Positions 1 through 13,077 of a stretch of DNA of 54,333 bases are shown here, one piece after another. The position numbers and the translations under genes are program-made. Below the pieces are notes generated by a model, which saw nothing but the letters and a program-made list of their open reading frames with translations, had not been told where the DNA came from and did not search any database. Location: NCBI GenBank assembly GCA_000697335.1, contig JNEM01012084.1:1-54333 (forward strand). The letters run 5' to 3'. The first letter of the stretch is position 1; every line of letters begins with the position of its first letter. Origin of the DNA: Conidiobolus incongruus B7586 (lineage: Eukaryota).

Positions 1-134
1 ATGATTTTAGAGGGTTTGTGGTTAAGTTTTACTGATACTAAAATAAAAGACTTTTGATGGTCACTATTTGGTTTAAGCATGATTAAATTAAACAACTAAT
101 TTTAAAAAATTCATTTTTTAATCAAAAAAATTAT

Positions 135-156
135 TATATATATATATATATATATA
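135..156. repeat. (TA)n microsatellite
   Basis: Pure TA run read directly. Similar runs at about 11487-11508, 36281-36302, 36766-36789 and 40388-40406. Confidence 0.9.
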
Positions 157-1249
157 ATTCAAAACTATTTATTTTCCTATTTGTTTTGTATATATTTGCT
201 TATTTGAAACTAATAATATGTTTGAAAAATCGGAAATTAAAAAATTTCCCATTTCTTCGATTCCATGGTAATAAATAAATCTTTGAATGAGATTTAGTTA
301 AATATATTAAAATCTAACGTTTGAAAATCAACTCAATTATCGTTCACCAAACATATAAGAATAAACCTTTTAATTATCAATATTCATACTTTTATTTTAA
401 AATAATATATTTTAATCAGGCTTGTGTGAATATTTAGGCATTCTCAAAGCAAGTTAATAATATAGTCTAATTTGCTTAAATATATCTTAATCGATCATAT
501 TTTTTTTATATTCTGATAATATATAAATAATAGGCTTATAAAAACATATATAGTTTTTATTTTAAAATAAGATTTACCATAAACCAGCTTGTAATATTTG
601 ATTTAATGCTATATTAGTAAATAAATTATAATCCAAAGTAAAATTTCTATTTGTTGGCATTTGTTTTTTAAAATATAATTATTGAATAAAATATATATTA
701 ATATGCAAAAGGATAAAAATAAAGGAATTAAATAATATGTATATAAGAAATAAATTATAATTTTGATATAAAGATAAAATTAATTAAGTGAAACTTAAAA
801 TTTTTGACTATATCATTATATATTTTAAATATAACAATTTAAATATCTAATATATAAGGTTTAATTATTATATTAATATTTAATTTGATCCTTAAACTAT
901 ATAAATTAGTTTTTATAATCAATCTTTAATCTAAATAAATTATTTCATTAGTTTCTTTTATATATATTTATTAGTCAAGTTTTTAATTATTTCTAATATA
1001 TAAAATAATACTTAGTTAGTTTTAAATATCAAGATATTAATATTACAAAATTTTTAATTTCTTTATTAAACTTTATGATAATAATATACTATTATTATTC
1101 AAAATCCAATAAATATATAAACTTTTATTAATACTAAAATTTACAATAGATAAAAAAAACTTGGATTATATATAATTCCAAGTTAAATACTCAAATTAAT
1201 TTATTATAATAATTTATGATTTATTAAATTTTTAATCAACCAAAATAAA

Positions 1250-3950
1250 ATAAATATTGATATAAAAAAATATATCATATTATTGGATATATTATTTTGC
1301 AAATTAGAGTTCTTTTGTATTTCAAATTATTATTTTATTATTAATCTTTAAAAAGATTAAAACTTTTTTATTCCAGTATTATTTCTATAAAATATTAAAT
1401 ATAAATTTATTTTCAGAATTGTTAATTATCAAATAGTTTAATAACTGAATGAATTAATCTATCTTTAATTAATAAATAAAATAATTAATAAGATGGAAGT
1501 TAATTATTTATAATAAAATATTAATATGAATATAATCCAAAGATATTAGACATGAATTAATACTATAATATACTTATAATAATAATATTACCAATATCTT
1601 AATAGATTAAATAATTTTTATCTCTTATTATCATGGGAATAGTTGAAATTGCAAATATACATTAAAATATTTATGATTATTAATATCTTCATATTTTATA
1701 ATTTAATGTTAAGTTGAATTTGATCAAGAATAATAATGAAATCATTAATTAAAATAATCTTTCTTATTATATTCCAAAGTTGGAATATTCATCAAAATAT
1801 TAAATAAATCATCATTTTCAAGTATATTGTTATGAATTTAATTCAATCTAAATTATTATTTCTATTTTTAATAAAAAACTAATATATATTTATTAATCAA
1901 ATTCAAATCAGAACATTTTTTAATTTTTTATTTCAGTATTTTAAATTTGAAAACAATAATTGAAAATATTTGAATTTGAAAATTAAAGCATGATGAATTT
2001 TATTAGAATTTTTTAACAATTGTAATACTAAAATTATGAATGTAAATTTAATATATTATAATATATTTTTCGAGATTTTATCACAAATCTAATAAAAATA
2101 CTTGAATTAACAATGAAATTTTTATAATACCAGTTTTCTTATAAATTTTAATGATTTTATATATAGAATAAGACGAAAAAAAACTTTTAATGGTATATAA
2201 CTATTCCCCAACACCGGATATTATCAAAATTAATGCACCTCGATTGTTTTCTGTTAAACTCTAATTAATAATAAATCTTAAGATTTTTCACTTTAAAATC
2301 AATTCAATTTTTAAATGCATTATAAACCAATATTTAAAATAGCAGGAGTATTATTCTTGTTTATATAAATAATTATTTTATCATACTATTTATTTTGATA
2401 AACATAAGTTATAACTATTGTTTATAAATCTTTATTTATGTTATTTTGATGACTTGTTCTTTCAGAATTCTACAAACTTCAGGTAATATTATCAATATTT
2501 TGATTCAATTTTGCAAAAAAATAATGTATAAATATTTTTTAGATAGTTTAGTAATTTATTATTTGAAGAAATTTTTTATTACCTATTATAGAATAATTTA
2601 ATCACAGTGTCTTTTATCTTCAAAGGATCTCCAAAATTGTAAATAATTTAAGGATCAAATTTCATAAAAAACATTTTATTAAAATATTGAAATCATTAGC
2701 GAACTTTAATTAATTTATAAGAATTATTATGTACTATAGTAATATATTATTAATCAGAATGATATAATTATTTTGATGTATTCATTACAAATATTAATAA
2801 TCCAAAGATTACTGATTATTCATAATATTTAAAATTCAGTTTTTCAAACGTATATAAACGGGAAACATTATTATACATATATATTTTATTTAATATACAA
2901 AGAAATATCTTTCTCCAAAGTGAATACCAGACATATATAAACACTGAAATTTTATTTTAAAATAATTTATGGGCGTTATTAATTATGAAAATGCTTCATA
3001 ATATATTTATATGGAGATTAGATATCAATTATCGCAGTTATTAAAACTGAAAATATTTTAAAATTTAATTATTTATGATTTTAATGTTAAAAAAAGTATT
3101 GTATGTTTATGATTATACACTATTTCTTTTTGACTTGTAGCAAAGCTGTACATCTTCAGTTTTTCAATTATATATACGAAATATATTATATTATTTGAAT
3201 GATTCTCTTAAATATATTTTTACTTATTTTTCGTATTACACTATAACACAATACAATAATTTGTGGTTTTAGATAATTGGTATGATATATGATCAATTGA
3301 ATAATATTTGATGTTATTATACATAGAAATAGAATCAGTTATATTTCCTATATTGTACCAAATCAAAAAACTTTGTAAGATTATCTATATAATTATCTGG
3401 TTTATTTATTACAATGAATAATTGTTCCATTTCAAGATTATCTGTCCATCTCGATTCGATAGCTAAGCCAATACTATTTGTTAGATATATCATTCACTGA
3501 ATCAACTATTTAAATAATTTACTATCAACCATCTTTATTGAAAAATCTTATTATAAATCACAAAATAATGGTACACACTAATGATAAATTATCAACATTG
3601 CATTATCTTGAATGATTTAAAATCTAAAATATAGTATTAACTTAGTATATTGATAAATTCTTCACTATTCAAGATTATTTAAATAACTAATTCTTAATAT
3701 AGATATATGTATATAAAGTTTTAGCATATTGATATTGAATGATTTTCTAATGGATCAAATTCATGAAGTATATGCATAGTAATGGATCGTATTGTTCATC
3801 TGATTTATCATATTACATAATTTTCTCAATGTGTTTGAGAAGAATATAACTTTCTAACAAGCTCTATTTAACAAATTTGACAGTTTGGTGCGCTTTTAAG
3901 AACTTTGTTATTGATTTTAGTAATACACTTGGTGTAAATAAGCCATTCAA
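1250..3950 (-). pseudogene. Possible heavily decayed F-box/LRR (RNI-like) gene relics, one or two copies
   Basis: No intact ORF. Minus-strand fragments between stops read ESKILIILPEVCRILKE, IKSLKFIRKLVL, NNILENDDLFNILMNIPTLE and ISYLNNLE, with F-box/LRR-like leucine spacing. Boundaries approximate; family assignment by eye only. Confidence 0.25.
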
Positions 3951-4642
3951 ATAATTAGTATTTTTAAATTTTTTGTATTAAATTAAATTAAAATAAAATT
4001 TAATTTATTTTTATTTGATTTAATAGCAAATTTATTATTGATTAAAATTTTACAAATAATTTATCAATAAATTTTTTAATATAAAAACTTAAAATTTAAT
4101 AAATTTTTATTAATTATTAAAATTAATAATTTAATAAAGAATGGATGATATCATACTAATCTTCTATTTTCTAAATTTTATAATATTTCACATTTAACAA
4201 AATTATAATTATGTTCAAATATTATACAAAATTTAGTTTTAAAATAGTCTTTATTATTTACTTAAATAACCTCAAATTTTTAAACTAATAAGAATCATTT
4301 CTAAATTGGGATAAAATTATGAAATTAATAAAAAAATTGATGAAATGTTGAATCTAATAATAATAATAATAATCTAATATCATAAAATTTAATACTATGG
4401 ACTATGCATTTCAATAAATTAAATAATTACAATGAATTTATTTATAATAGATAATTAAAAGAGAAAATATATAAAAAATATAGAATATTATTTAAAATGA
4501 AATAAAAAACTTTATATGGTAAGAGGGGAAGGGGTGGGAGTGACAAAATATTCAAATAACTTAATTTGGTTTGTGCTGGAGAAAGATGTGGAGATTGTTA
4601 AATCAGAAGGATATCATTGGCCAATTCTGATGATTTATGCAA

Positions 4643-5557
4643 TTAATATTGCTTGAGGGTTTTGCGATGGCACTTGCCCTTAGGTTTGGTGGTTGAAGGT
4701 TGAGGAGTAGGAGCTTGTGTTGTGGCGGGAGCAGGGACAACGGGAGATTCACTCTTTTCAGAGGATTTTTGAGGAGCAACAGTGCTGGTAGGAATAGCTA
4801 CTGGTTGGGTGGTAGCTTGCTGTTGAAGGCCAACTTTAGCAGAAGTGGTAGGGGCAGGAGCAGAGGTGGGAGCAGGAGGAGGTGAAATAGTGGTAGGGTT
4901 AGACTTATTTTGACTACCATCACCAGTGATTTCCAAATCGAAACAAGTCAAATATTCCTCACCAACAGGATTTTGATCCCAAACCCATTGCCAGACGAAT
5001 TGATATCTACCAGGTGCCAAGTCAGCGGGAAGCTTCATGTGACCCCAGCATAAGGCATTAGGAGATCTGTCCATACAGTTTTCATCAGTAGCAAAGACAT
5101 GGCTCCAAAGCTTAGTATCCTTGTTAAGTTCACTGTATTTGATCAAATCTTGACCAGCTTTCTTGCTGCTATACACATGGACGTAGGTAGGTCCAGGGTT
5201 GAAGTGGTTATCAGCTTCCCACCAAAGCTTGATGCTTTCACCAGGTTTGACCTTGCCCATGGGGAATTCAGAAGTATAGTTAGCATTAGACTGAGTGATG
5301 GGAGAGCACACTAAGCCATCAGGCTTGCGGCCAACTAACTGGTAGGTATAAATATCATTGATCCAGCGGTTCATTCTACCGGGATAACCGCGAGGGAAAC
5401 CGACAGTACAAGCTTCGTGATAGAATTCATCACCAAAGTATTGTTTGTGGCCATTGTAAGAAGTACTGGACAAACCAACACAATCCAACCAACTGTGGGA
5501 CTCAACAGGGTTGAGAGAAGCCAAGATAGTCAATAAAGTGGAAGCGATCAAGTTCAT
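4643..5557 (-). CDS. Secreted copper-dependent LPMO-like protein (His-brace) with Ser/Thr/Pro-rich C-terminal extension, 304 aa, intronless
   Basis: Signal peptide ends VES|H, leaving His21 as the mature N-terminus. Second His118 in WWEADNH. LPMO-type last strands PGRYQFVWQW...GEEYLTCFDLEI (E200, Y202, C205). Six Cys in the domain; low-complexity linker after about aa 215. Confidence 0.8.
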   Translation of the reverse strand: MNLIASTLLTILASLNPVESHSWLDCVGLSSTSYNGHKQYFGDEFYHEACTVGFPRGYPGRMNRWINDIYTYQLVGRKPDGLVCSPITQSNANYTSEFPMGKVKPGESIKLWWEADNHFNPGPTYVHVYSSKKAGQDLIKYSELNKDTKLWSHVFATDENCMDRSPNALCWGHMKLPADLAPGRYQFVWQWVWDQNPVGEEYLTCFDLEITGDGSQNKSNPTTISPPPAPTSAPAPTTSAKVGLQQQATTQPVAIPTSTVAPQKSSEKSESPVVPAPATTQAPTPQPSTTKPKGKCHRKTLKQY

Positions 5558-6499
5558 GATATTAAATTAGAATTAATAACAAGTATTAAAAGAAGTAAAG
5601 ATTAAATATATATATTAGCCGTTAGATATTATGTTCTACAGAATAACTAACAACTTTGTAGGCTTTAAACCAAGAACAAAAAGGACAAGAAAAGTGAATG
5701 ACCCAAATAAAAAACTATTAATTCGATTAAGTTCGATTGATAGATAGAGATGATATTTATATAGAATCAGAATGTCCACCAAACTATCATATGTGAAAAT
5801 CCCTCTCAATTCACCACACAACCAAATACAAATTTTGTAATTTGTCCAACTTAATTATTCAACAGGTTAGGTACAATTCCACTACTTTCTATTAATTAAT
5901 TTTTCGCCAAATTGCTCTTCTTAATTACCCAATAATAATTAAAATCGAAAAAAAAGTGTAAACAAGCAGTCTTTTAAATAAGTTAAAATAAAATATAATA
6001 TTAAAAGAAAAATAAAAGTATTTTTAATTATATTTATTATGATATTGAATAAATGTAAGGTACCTCAAATCAATTTACAAGGTCAAGGCATTAATCTAGA
6101 TCAATAATAAAATTAACTGAATTTTTTATTAATTTATTAATTTATGGAGATAATGATAAATTTATAAATTAAAAAAGATATCTAATTTAAATCTTTATTC
6201 CTTAATATAATCAAATATTTATGAATTTCCCCCACATTATCGCCATTTATTCTAAGAAATATATAACCATATTCTTTATTAAATATGGTTTATTTGTATA
6301 ATTCTATCAAAATTAGTGATTGGTTAATACATATGAAGAGAATTAAAAGCCGCAATAGTGCGTATATGTCAATAAGTGGGTAACAATAAAAAATGGCTTT
6401 TATTAACTTATTAAAGCTAATAGATTTGATATTTAATAACATTATTTTCATAATACAAGATCTTTTTATTCTATATAGAATGATATTAGATTATTTTTT

Positions 6500-9100
6500 C
6501 GGTCCTATTTTCAATAAATATTCTACTTTTTTTTGAAATATTAAAAATAAATCATTTGGTATGTTCCCAAGAGATGAAGTCTATTAATAACTTTAAAGAT
6601 GTTTTATATTATTGATATGCTATAATTTAGTCAATTTAAGCAATCAACCTTTTTCATTAGCAACTATAAACTGCAATAATTTGATTTAAGTATTCGTGAT
6701 ATGAAATCTTGTAAATTTTGCAACTAGGACAATTATGGATTGATCTCATGGTTCGATGATCTCATTATTCCAATCAATTCGATAGGGGGATTACAAAAGC
6801 AATTAATACCGCAAAAAAGGCAAAAATAATAATGAAATTGTCAAGTAGCTCAATTGCCTCAAAGAGTTATATATTTCAAAGGTTTATTAGCATTATTTTA
6901 ATATTTGTGCAGTTCACTAGCATTTTATTTTTATTAAGAATATAAAGTGATTGATAATTTCTTTTAGAGAACTGTATCGTATTATCCACTTTCAATATCA
7001 AATTGCATTATTTTAAGAGTAGAATTGATAAATTTGAAGGTTAAAATCCCTTCCAATTCCATTAATATCAATTACTCAAATTATACTTCTATTAGAGAGT
7101 TTGAAAGTATATTTATTAAATAAATCAAATTAGTATATTGAAGAATATAGGTTTATTTTCTTAATTATTATAAATATTCATGAACTTTGTAGCGTTAAAA
7201 CTAAATTTTTAGCTCATTTTACAAAACTATAAACCTTTATTCATTGTTAACTTTCTCCAAGTATTATATTATCCATTAATATCATATTAAGCTAATTGCT
7301 TTTATTAAATATATTCATCTATAGATAATCCCAATTTTAAACAGAATATTCATTATTTTTATCCTTTTATCAGTCAATATGAAGTTTGATAATTTACAAG
7401 GAGTCAAAATTCTCAAAAATTTCCTGCTAATAGCTGTTCAATTCTGTTAAACATAATAATTTGAAAATAACATCAAAATAACTGAAATAATTATTAAAAA
7501 TAATACTATTAATAAGATTTAACAATAGTTTAATTTAGATTAATTATACTTATGATCATATTAATCAAATTTTAAACTTGTTTAATTTAATATCAATATT
7601 AAAAATTGGCATTTAATATAAATGATCTGAGAATAAAAATTATAAACTTTTTAAAATAGTTATTAGTAATTACAAATTATTAAAACTAAAGAAAAAAATA
7701 TTTTAATTAATATATTTTAATCTAATTTATTATTATTATTAATTTAAGATTATTTGTAATTTATTAAGTTTTTTTATTAATATAGATAACTGCAATAATC
7801 AAATGTGATATATATCAAAATAACATTATTATGGATATACTAAAATATTTTTAGGTAAATAATAAATTTGATTAAAATTAAAATTTAATATTGATAATTT
7901 TCAAGGGATTATTAATTTAAAAAATAATATTTTTATTTCTTATATAGATTTTTTTATTAAATAATGTATAATATGAACAATTATAATTAAATTTTAATAT
8001 AATTTTTGAATAAATGTAAAATTATCAGGTGAATATTAAAATTTTAAATATGATACTTTTTATAAAATGTTAATGAAATTAGATGTGGAATTATTACTTG
8101 AAGAAATTTGATAAAGAATGATAAATATGATTTATATGCTCATTAAATTAACTATAATCAAAACACATTTATTAATTCAAAGTTATCAATCAATATATCT
8201 ATTACAAAATGATTAATATAAAAATTGATTGAAAAACAAAATAATGAATCTTATTCTGGAACTGTAATATATTGCCAATTTGAAGATTACAACTGAAATT
8301 ATGCTTTGAAATGGTATATTATATTAATTTATCCAACTGATTTAAATTAGCAACTATCACAATATGACAATATTATATAAAATATTAAATTCATAAAAGC
8401 TTAATATTTTTATCAAATTCTATGCAAAAAAATCCTTCTAAGGTTTATGTAAAATATCGCTAATCAAATATCAAATATATAGCAATTTGAAGTTTAATTT
8501 TTTAATTTATCATGATTATTTTATGATTGTATATGATAAAATTTTATAAAACACTATAAATCTTTTTAATGAGACATTATTTTATTTTATTAAATCAGTA
8601 AAAAATAACTTTACTAGATGAGGAGTATTTTATCAAAACTAACTTGCAAGAGTGCATGAAAAGGATTGAATCTGAAAATATATAATTATAAATTTCAAAG
8701 TGCTCCAATCATGTTTATAATTCTCATTTTTCTTATCTAACCATGGATTAAAATTTGAATTTGAATATGTAATATCATTTTGATATACGTAAAGCTTATA
8801 AGTTAATATAGATTCGACTTGAGTTAGTATTGAGATATTAATAAAAAAGATATATATGTTAGCTTTGTTAACATGTGGAATAAAAATATAATACATAATA
8901 TATAATAATTCAAATATCAAATAATTAAATGACGTAAACAAAAAGTTTGATTTAAATCGTATTATTTGGAGTGGTAGCCAATAATAAAAATGAATTAATG
9001 TTAATGCACTTGTGCAAGTTAGTTTTAAAATCAACTGTCAGATGTCTAATTTTGATTCAATCGAAAGTTGCATAAATTGTATAAAAAATTCATATAATTT
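6500..9100. pseudogene. Possible decayed coding relics (F-box/LRR-like): about 6500-7470 minus and 8000-9110 plus
   Basis: More mixed composition than the flanks; stop-riddled fragments such as IFKLLCLTELNSY, YNSLRQLSYLTI and VQVSFKINCQMSNFDSIESCINCIKNSYNL. Weak. Confidence 0.2.
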
Positions 9101-10299
9101 AATGGTTTGAATTAATGCTAATATAATTATCAAAAGGAATAAATATTTTTTCCACGGAATAAAATATAATTAAACAATAATCATAAAAATTTATTTTATC
9201 AAAGTTATTGAAAGTTAATATACTTAAATATTTAAAAGTTATATGATATTTTAAAATAAAATTATTAGCAATAAAAATATTCTTAATTATAAAAAAATAA
9301 TATTAAAAAAATTAATTTGGTTAAATAATTTAAAAATATACAAATTTCATAGTCAAAATCTCTATTGATACTTTCCTCTTGCAAAAATTTATAAATTTAT
9401 TAGGAAACACATATGTAATTTGGTTCTATCTTCAAATTATATTATGTATAGTTAAATTCATATTCATAAAATGATTAATTAATTTATATTTTAGAGTTTA
9501 ATCCAAAGCAATTAAGGAAATAATTTAGAAAAATAATCCAATAACCTTATGGCCGTATTTATTTCAGTTGTTGTTTAATCAGTCTAATTATATCCTGCGT
9601 ATCTCCAACAGTCAATAGCTTTTTGGAATATAGTATACTTATTAAAAATAGCTTGCAACAATGGTAAAAATCAATTATCACGTTGACTTATTCAATGATA
9701 GAATTCTGAAGTGAGTAATGATTATAATAATCAAAAATAATTTAGGGAAATCAATAATGCGAGTGAAGCTCCATTTTAGTAATACTTGAACTATGTTCTA
9801 TTTCCAAAATACCCTAGGAATAATTGAACCATAAAATCCATCAATAGTATATTGTTGATAGATTATACCTATTCAATCACTGAATGTAAAAAGTAAATTT
9901 TAAAAAATAAATACAGTTTATTTTTGCAGAGTTTTGAATTTCTTTGGCTTTATTAAAATAATATTATTAATAATATAAAACAATATTACCTATCTATTAT
10001 ATTATAAAATGACTATGAGATGATTTAAGAAACAATATATGAAGATATATATTTACCCAATTTATCATATTCATTTATTAATTTTTTTGATTAACATTTG
10101 AGTCATTTTGTGAATTAAATTTTTTTTAAATTAAACAAAAAATATAAAAATCAGCTGTTTAAAGTTATAAATTTAAAATTTTAAATAAAATTTACATCCT
10201 TCCATTTTTCATATAATATTATATATTATCTAGAAATGAATATAATTATATTAATTAATTAAATTAATTGTCCATAATATACTTTAATATCATTATTTG

Positions 10300-10560
10300 A
10301 TCTATTTTTGAGTTCATTTGCATTTTGCTAGTTCTTCTAAAAAAGCTCCATTATAATAGGTCATCAGTATACGATTGATCCCTCAAAGTACAATCCTTCC
10401 AATAAAAACCTATCAATCACTAATTAATACCTAATTATTTATGTAAAGTTGAACATATAGTAACTAGAGAAAACTCACTCATATTTAATGTAGGAATAAC
10501 ACGTCAATCTAATTTGGTTTCTGTAATCATTAACAATTTTTTATTGGCGATTTTTATGAA
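10300..10560 (-). mobile_element. Possible relic of a non-LTR retrotransposon APE endonuclease domain
   Basis: Minus frame reads IANKKLLMITETKLD*RVIPTLNMS, resembling the APE motif (I/L)xETKLD; several downstream stops. A Dal5-type MFS relic (KLDWR.IP) is an alternative reading. Confidence 0.25.
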
Positions 10561-11903
10561 ATTGTTACAAAAACAGAAAAAAACTTTACATAATTATATT
10601 GTGATAGAATATTAAAGATATTAGAATTATAAATCCTATTTTAAAATATAAGTTAATTAAAGTTTATATTATATTATTGACATTAAATTTCTCATTTATT
10701 CTATTTTAATGTTTAAAATGAACAAATAGACTGTAATTTCAATTTAAACCTGAATCAACACTTCTATATATATATTGTTTAAAAATAAAATTATATAATT
10801 ATATAATTTTTATACTTTTATAAAAAATTCTATAGTTTTTATATGAAGTTAATTAAACTATCGATGATAATTGCGAGGCCTGGTATATCATAATGTTTGA
10901 TTAATATTACAACATTTAATATGATAATAAGTGGATTTTATATATTGAGTCGAAAAGTAATCAATAACCTCTGGAACAATGAGTGTTCCAAGGTCAATAA
11001 ATTTCTATTTTTATAAAAATCATTGAATTATAATCATTAAGTAAATCAATTTCAATTCACTGAATAAATGGCACCATATTGTTATTTTCTTATTTCATTA
11101 TATTCAATTATATTGAAGTTTAGCAAAAAAAACAAAACAGCATTATTGGGATTTCAATAAATTAACTCATTTGAAAAATTTATTAATATAACTATGAAAA
11201 AAGAGGTACTTACCAGATCATGGCAGCTCCAATTACTATTTTTATTCAAGATGATAAAATTATCATTTTCAAAAGTTTTATTGTTTTAAACAATATATTT
11301 AAAATTTAAATTCCGCTCTTATTCTCTTGCCTTATTGTCAATTCATTTATATAAACACAAAATAAATATTGTTATATATCAAAATAAAATAAATTATATT
11401 CATTTCTTTATAAAGCTATATTTGCTTTTCATCTATTTCAATCTATTTTGAATCAATATTAAATAGTGGAGAATTTCATCATAATCATATATATATATAT
11501 ATATATATTAAATATTTGAATTTCAAAATAAATCGTAATAATTTAACTGATTAGTGATTATAATCAAGCTATTAAAATAATGATATAGTTAATATGGTTA
11601 ATGGATTTGATAGGTATATAATATTGTAATCAAATAGTGAATTGTTATATACATTACAAATGCTACTAGCTTTCCCTATTTTGTATTAATGTAATAAATA
11701 AAAATAATTAAAATCAGAAAAATTAATCTGTAGAGATTTTAATAAAAATTAATCAATTTTATTTAAATTTTAAATTTATTTACATTTCGAATTGTCCCAC
11801 AATTTGAATAAATTAAGGGAAATGGAATAGCCAATTAAATTTGTAAAAATTATTCATATTTGTTAAATTATTGCATATTAATATCAAATAAGAAAAAATT
11901 AAA

Positions 11904-13077
11904 ATGGCTCCAGCTAAAAAGACAAAAGCTGCTAATGGTACTAAAAAAGCAGAATCAAAACCCGCTGAAAAGAAAGTAGCTAAAAACAAGGCTGAAACAA
12001 ATGAAACTGCCGAATCCAAGCCTGAAGTAAAAAAGACTACCACCAAGAAATTGATCAGTAAAAAAATTAATAAAATTGGTATTTTTGATAATTTCTGTTT
12101 TATCTATTAGTATTAATTGATTTTTAGCTGAATTACCTACTCCCCCTACTAAAAAACCCAATGCTAAGACTAAGGCTACTAAAGCTAAAAATGATAAAGA
12201 AGCTACCGCTAAACCCGCCAAAGAAACTAACACTAACACTAAGACTACCAAAACTGCTCAAACCAAAAATGCCAAAAAACCAGCTGCTAAACCTGCTAAA
12301 AAAGCTGGTACTAAGAAATCTGCCAATGACGATGATGGTAAATTTACATTTTACACTTATTCAATATTTATGATTAATATTTTATTATTATTAGATATCG
12401 AAGCTGCTTTAGCTGATGCAATTGACAGTAGTGAAAATGAAGACTCCTCCGATGAGGAAGAAGATGAGAAAGACGATTTCGAAGCTATTGAATCTTTAAT
12501 TCCTTTTGATAAATCTTATAGATCAGCTTTGGCCAAATTAGAAACTCAAATTAAGAAAGGTTCTGACACCCGTACTGGTGTCGTATATGTTGGTCGCATT
12601 CCCCATAAAATCCAAGAACGTGATCTTAAGGTATACTTTGGTCAATTTGGACCTATTGCTCACCTCAGAATTGCTCGTAACCCCTTGACTGGCCGCCCCC
12701 GTCACTATGCTTTCATTCAATACAAGAGTCAAGAAGTTGCTGATATCGTTGTAGAGACTATGGACAATCACTTGTTCGGTGGCAGATTATTGAAGGTCAA
12801 GTCAGTACCCAAGGACAAGGTTCATCCCATGCTTTTCACTGGTGAACGCTCAAGACCCAGAGAAGTTTTGAATCGTAAGAAAGTTCAAGCTAAGATCACC
12901 AAGCAAAAGGAAGCTAAGCTTACACCTCACATCAAAAAGAGAATTGAAAATGAAATGGAAAAGACACAAAAGGCCATTAAAGAAAGTGGTATCAAATACG
13001 AAATTCCCAAGAAGCTGTTAGAAAAGAAAACTGATAAGCCTTTACTCGAATCTAAAAAAGCTAAATCCAAGAAATGA
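11904..13077 (+). CDS. NOP15: Nucleolar RRM protein of the Nop15/NIFK (MKI67IP) family, 60S biogenesis; 3 exons (11904-12078, 12128-12337, 12395-13077), 355 aa
   Basis: Lys/Ala-rich N-terminus, acidic patch, then RRM GVVYVGRIPH...YFGQFG.I..LRIARNPLTGRPRHYAFIQY...VADIVVETMDNHLFGGRLL typical of Nop15/NIFK. Both GT-AG introns keep the frame. Confidence 0.9.

Noticed and set aside
4523..4540. G-rich tract GGGGAAGGGGTGGG downstream of the LPMO as a G-quadruplex
   Set aside because: Only three runs of three or more G.
8639..9034. 131-aa AT-rich ORF, and similar ones at 5636, 14294, 16033, 22948, 33809, 37885 and 44008
   Set aside because: I/L/F/Y/N/K-biased chance ORFs, several with non-ATG starts, no motifs.
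10787..10810. 24-bp perfect palindrome AAAATTATATAATTATATAATTTT
   Set aside because: A/T-only and low complexity; expected occasionally at this composition.
11206..11220. TACTTACC resembling the U1 snRNA 5' end
   Set aside because: No U1 stem-loops or Sm site follow; it is the complement of a GTAAGTA donor-like sequence.
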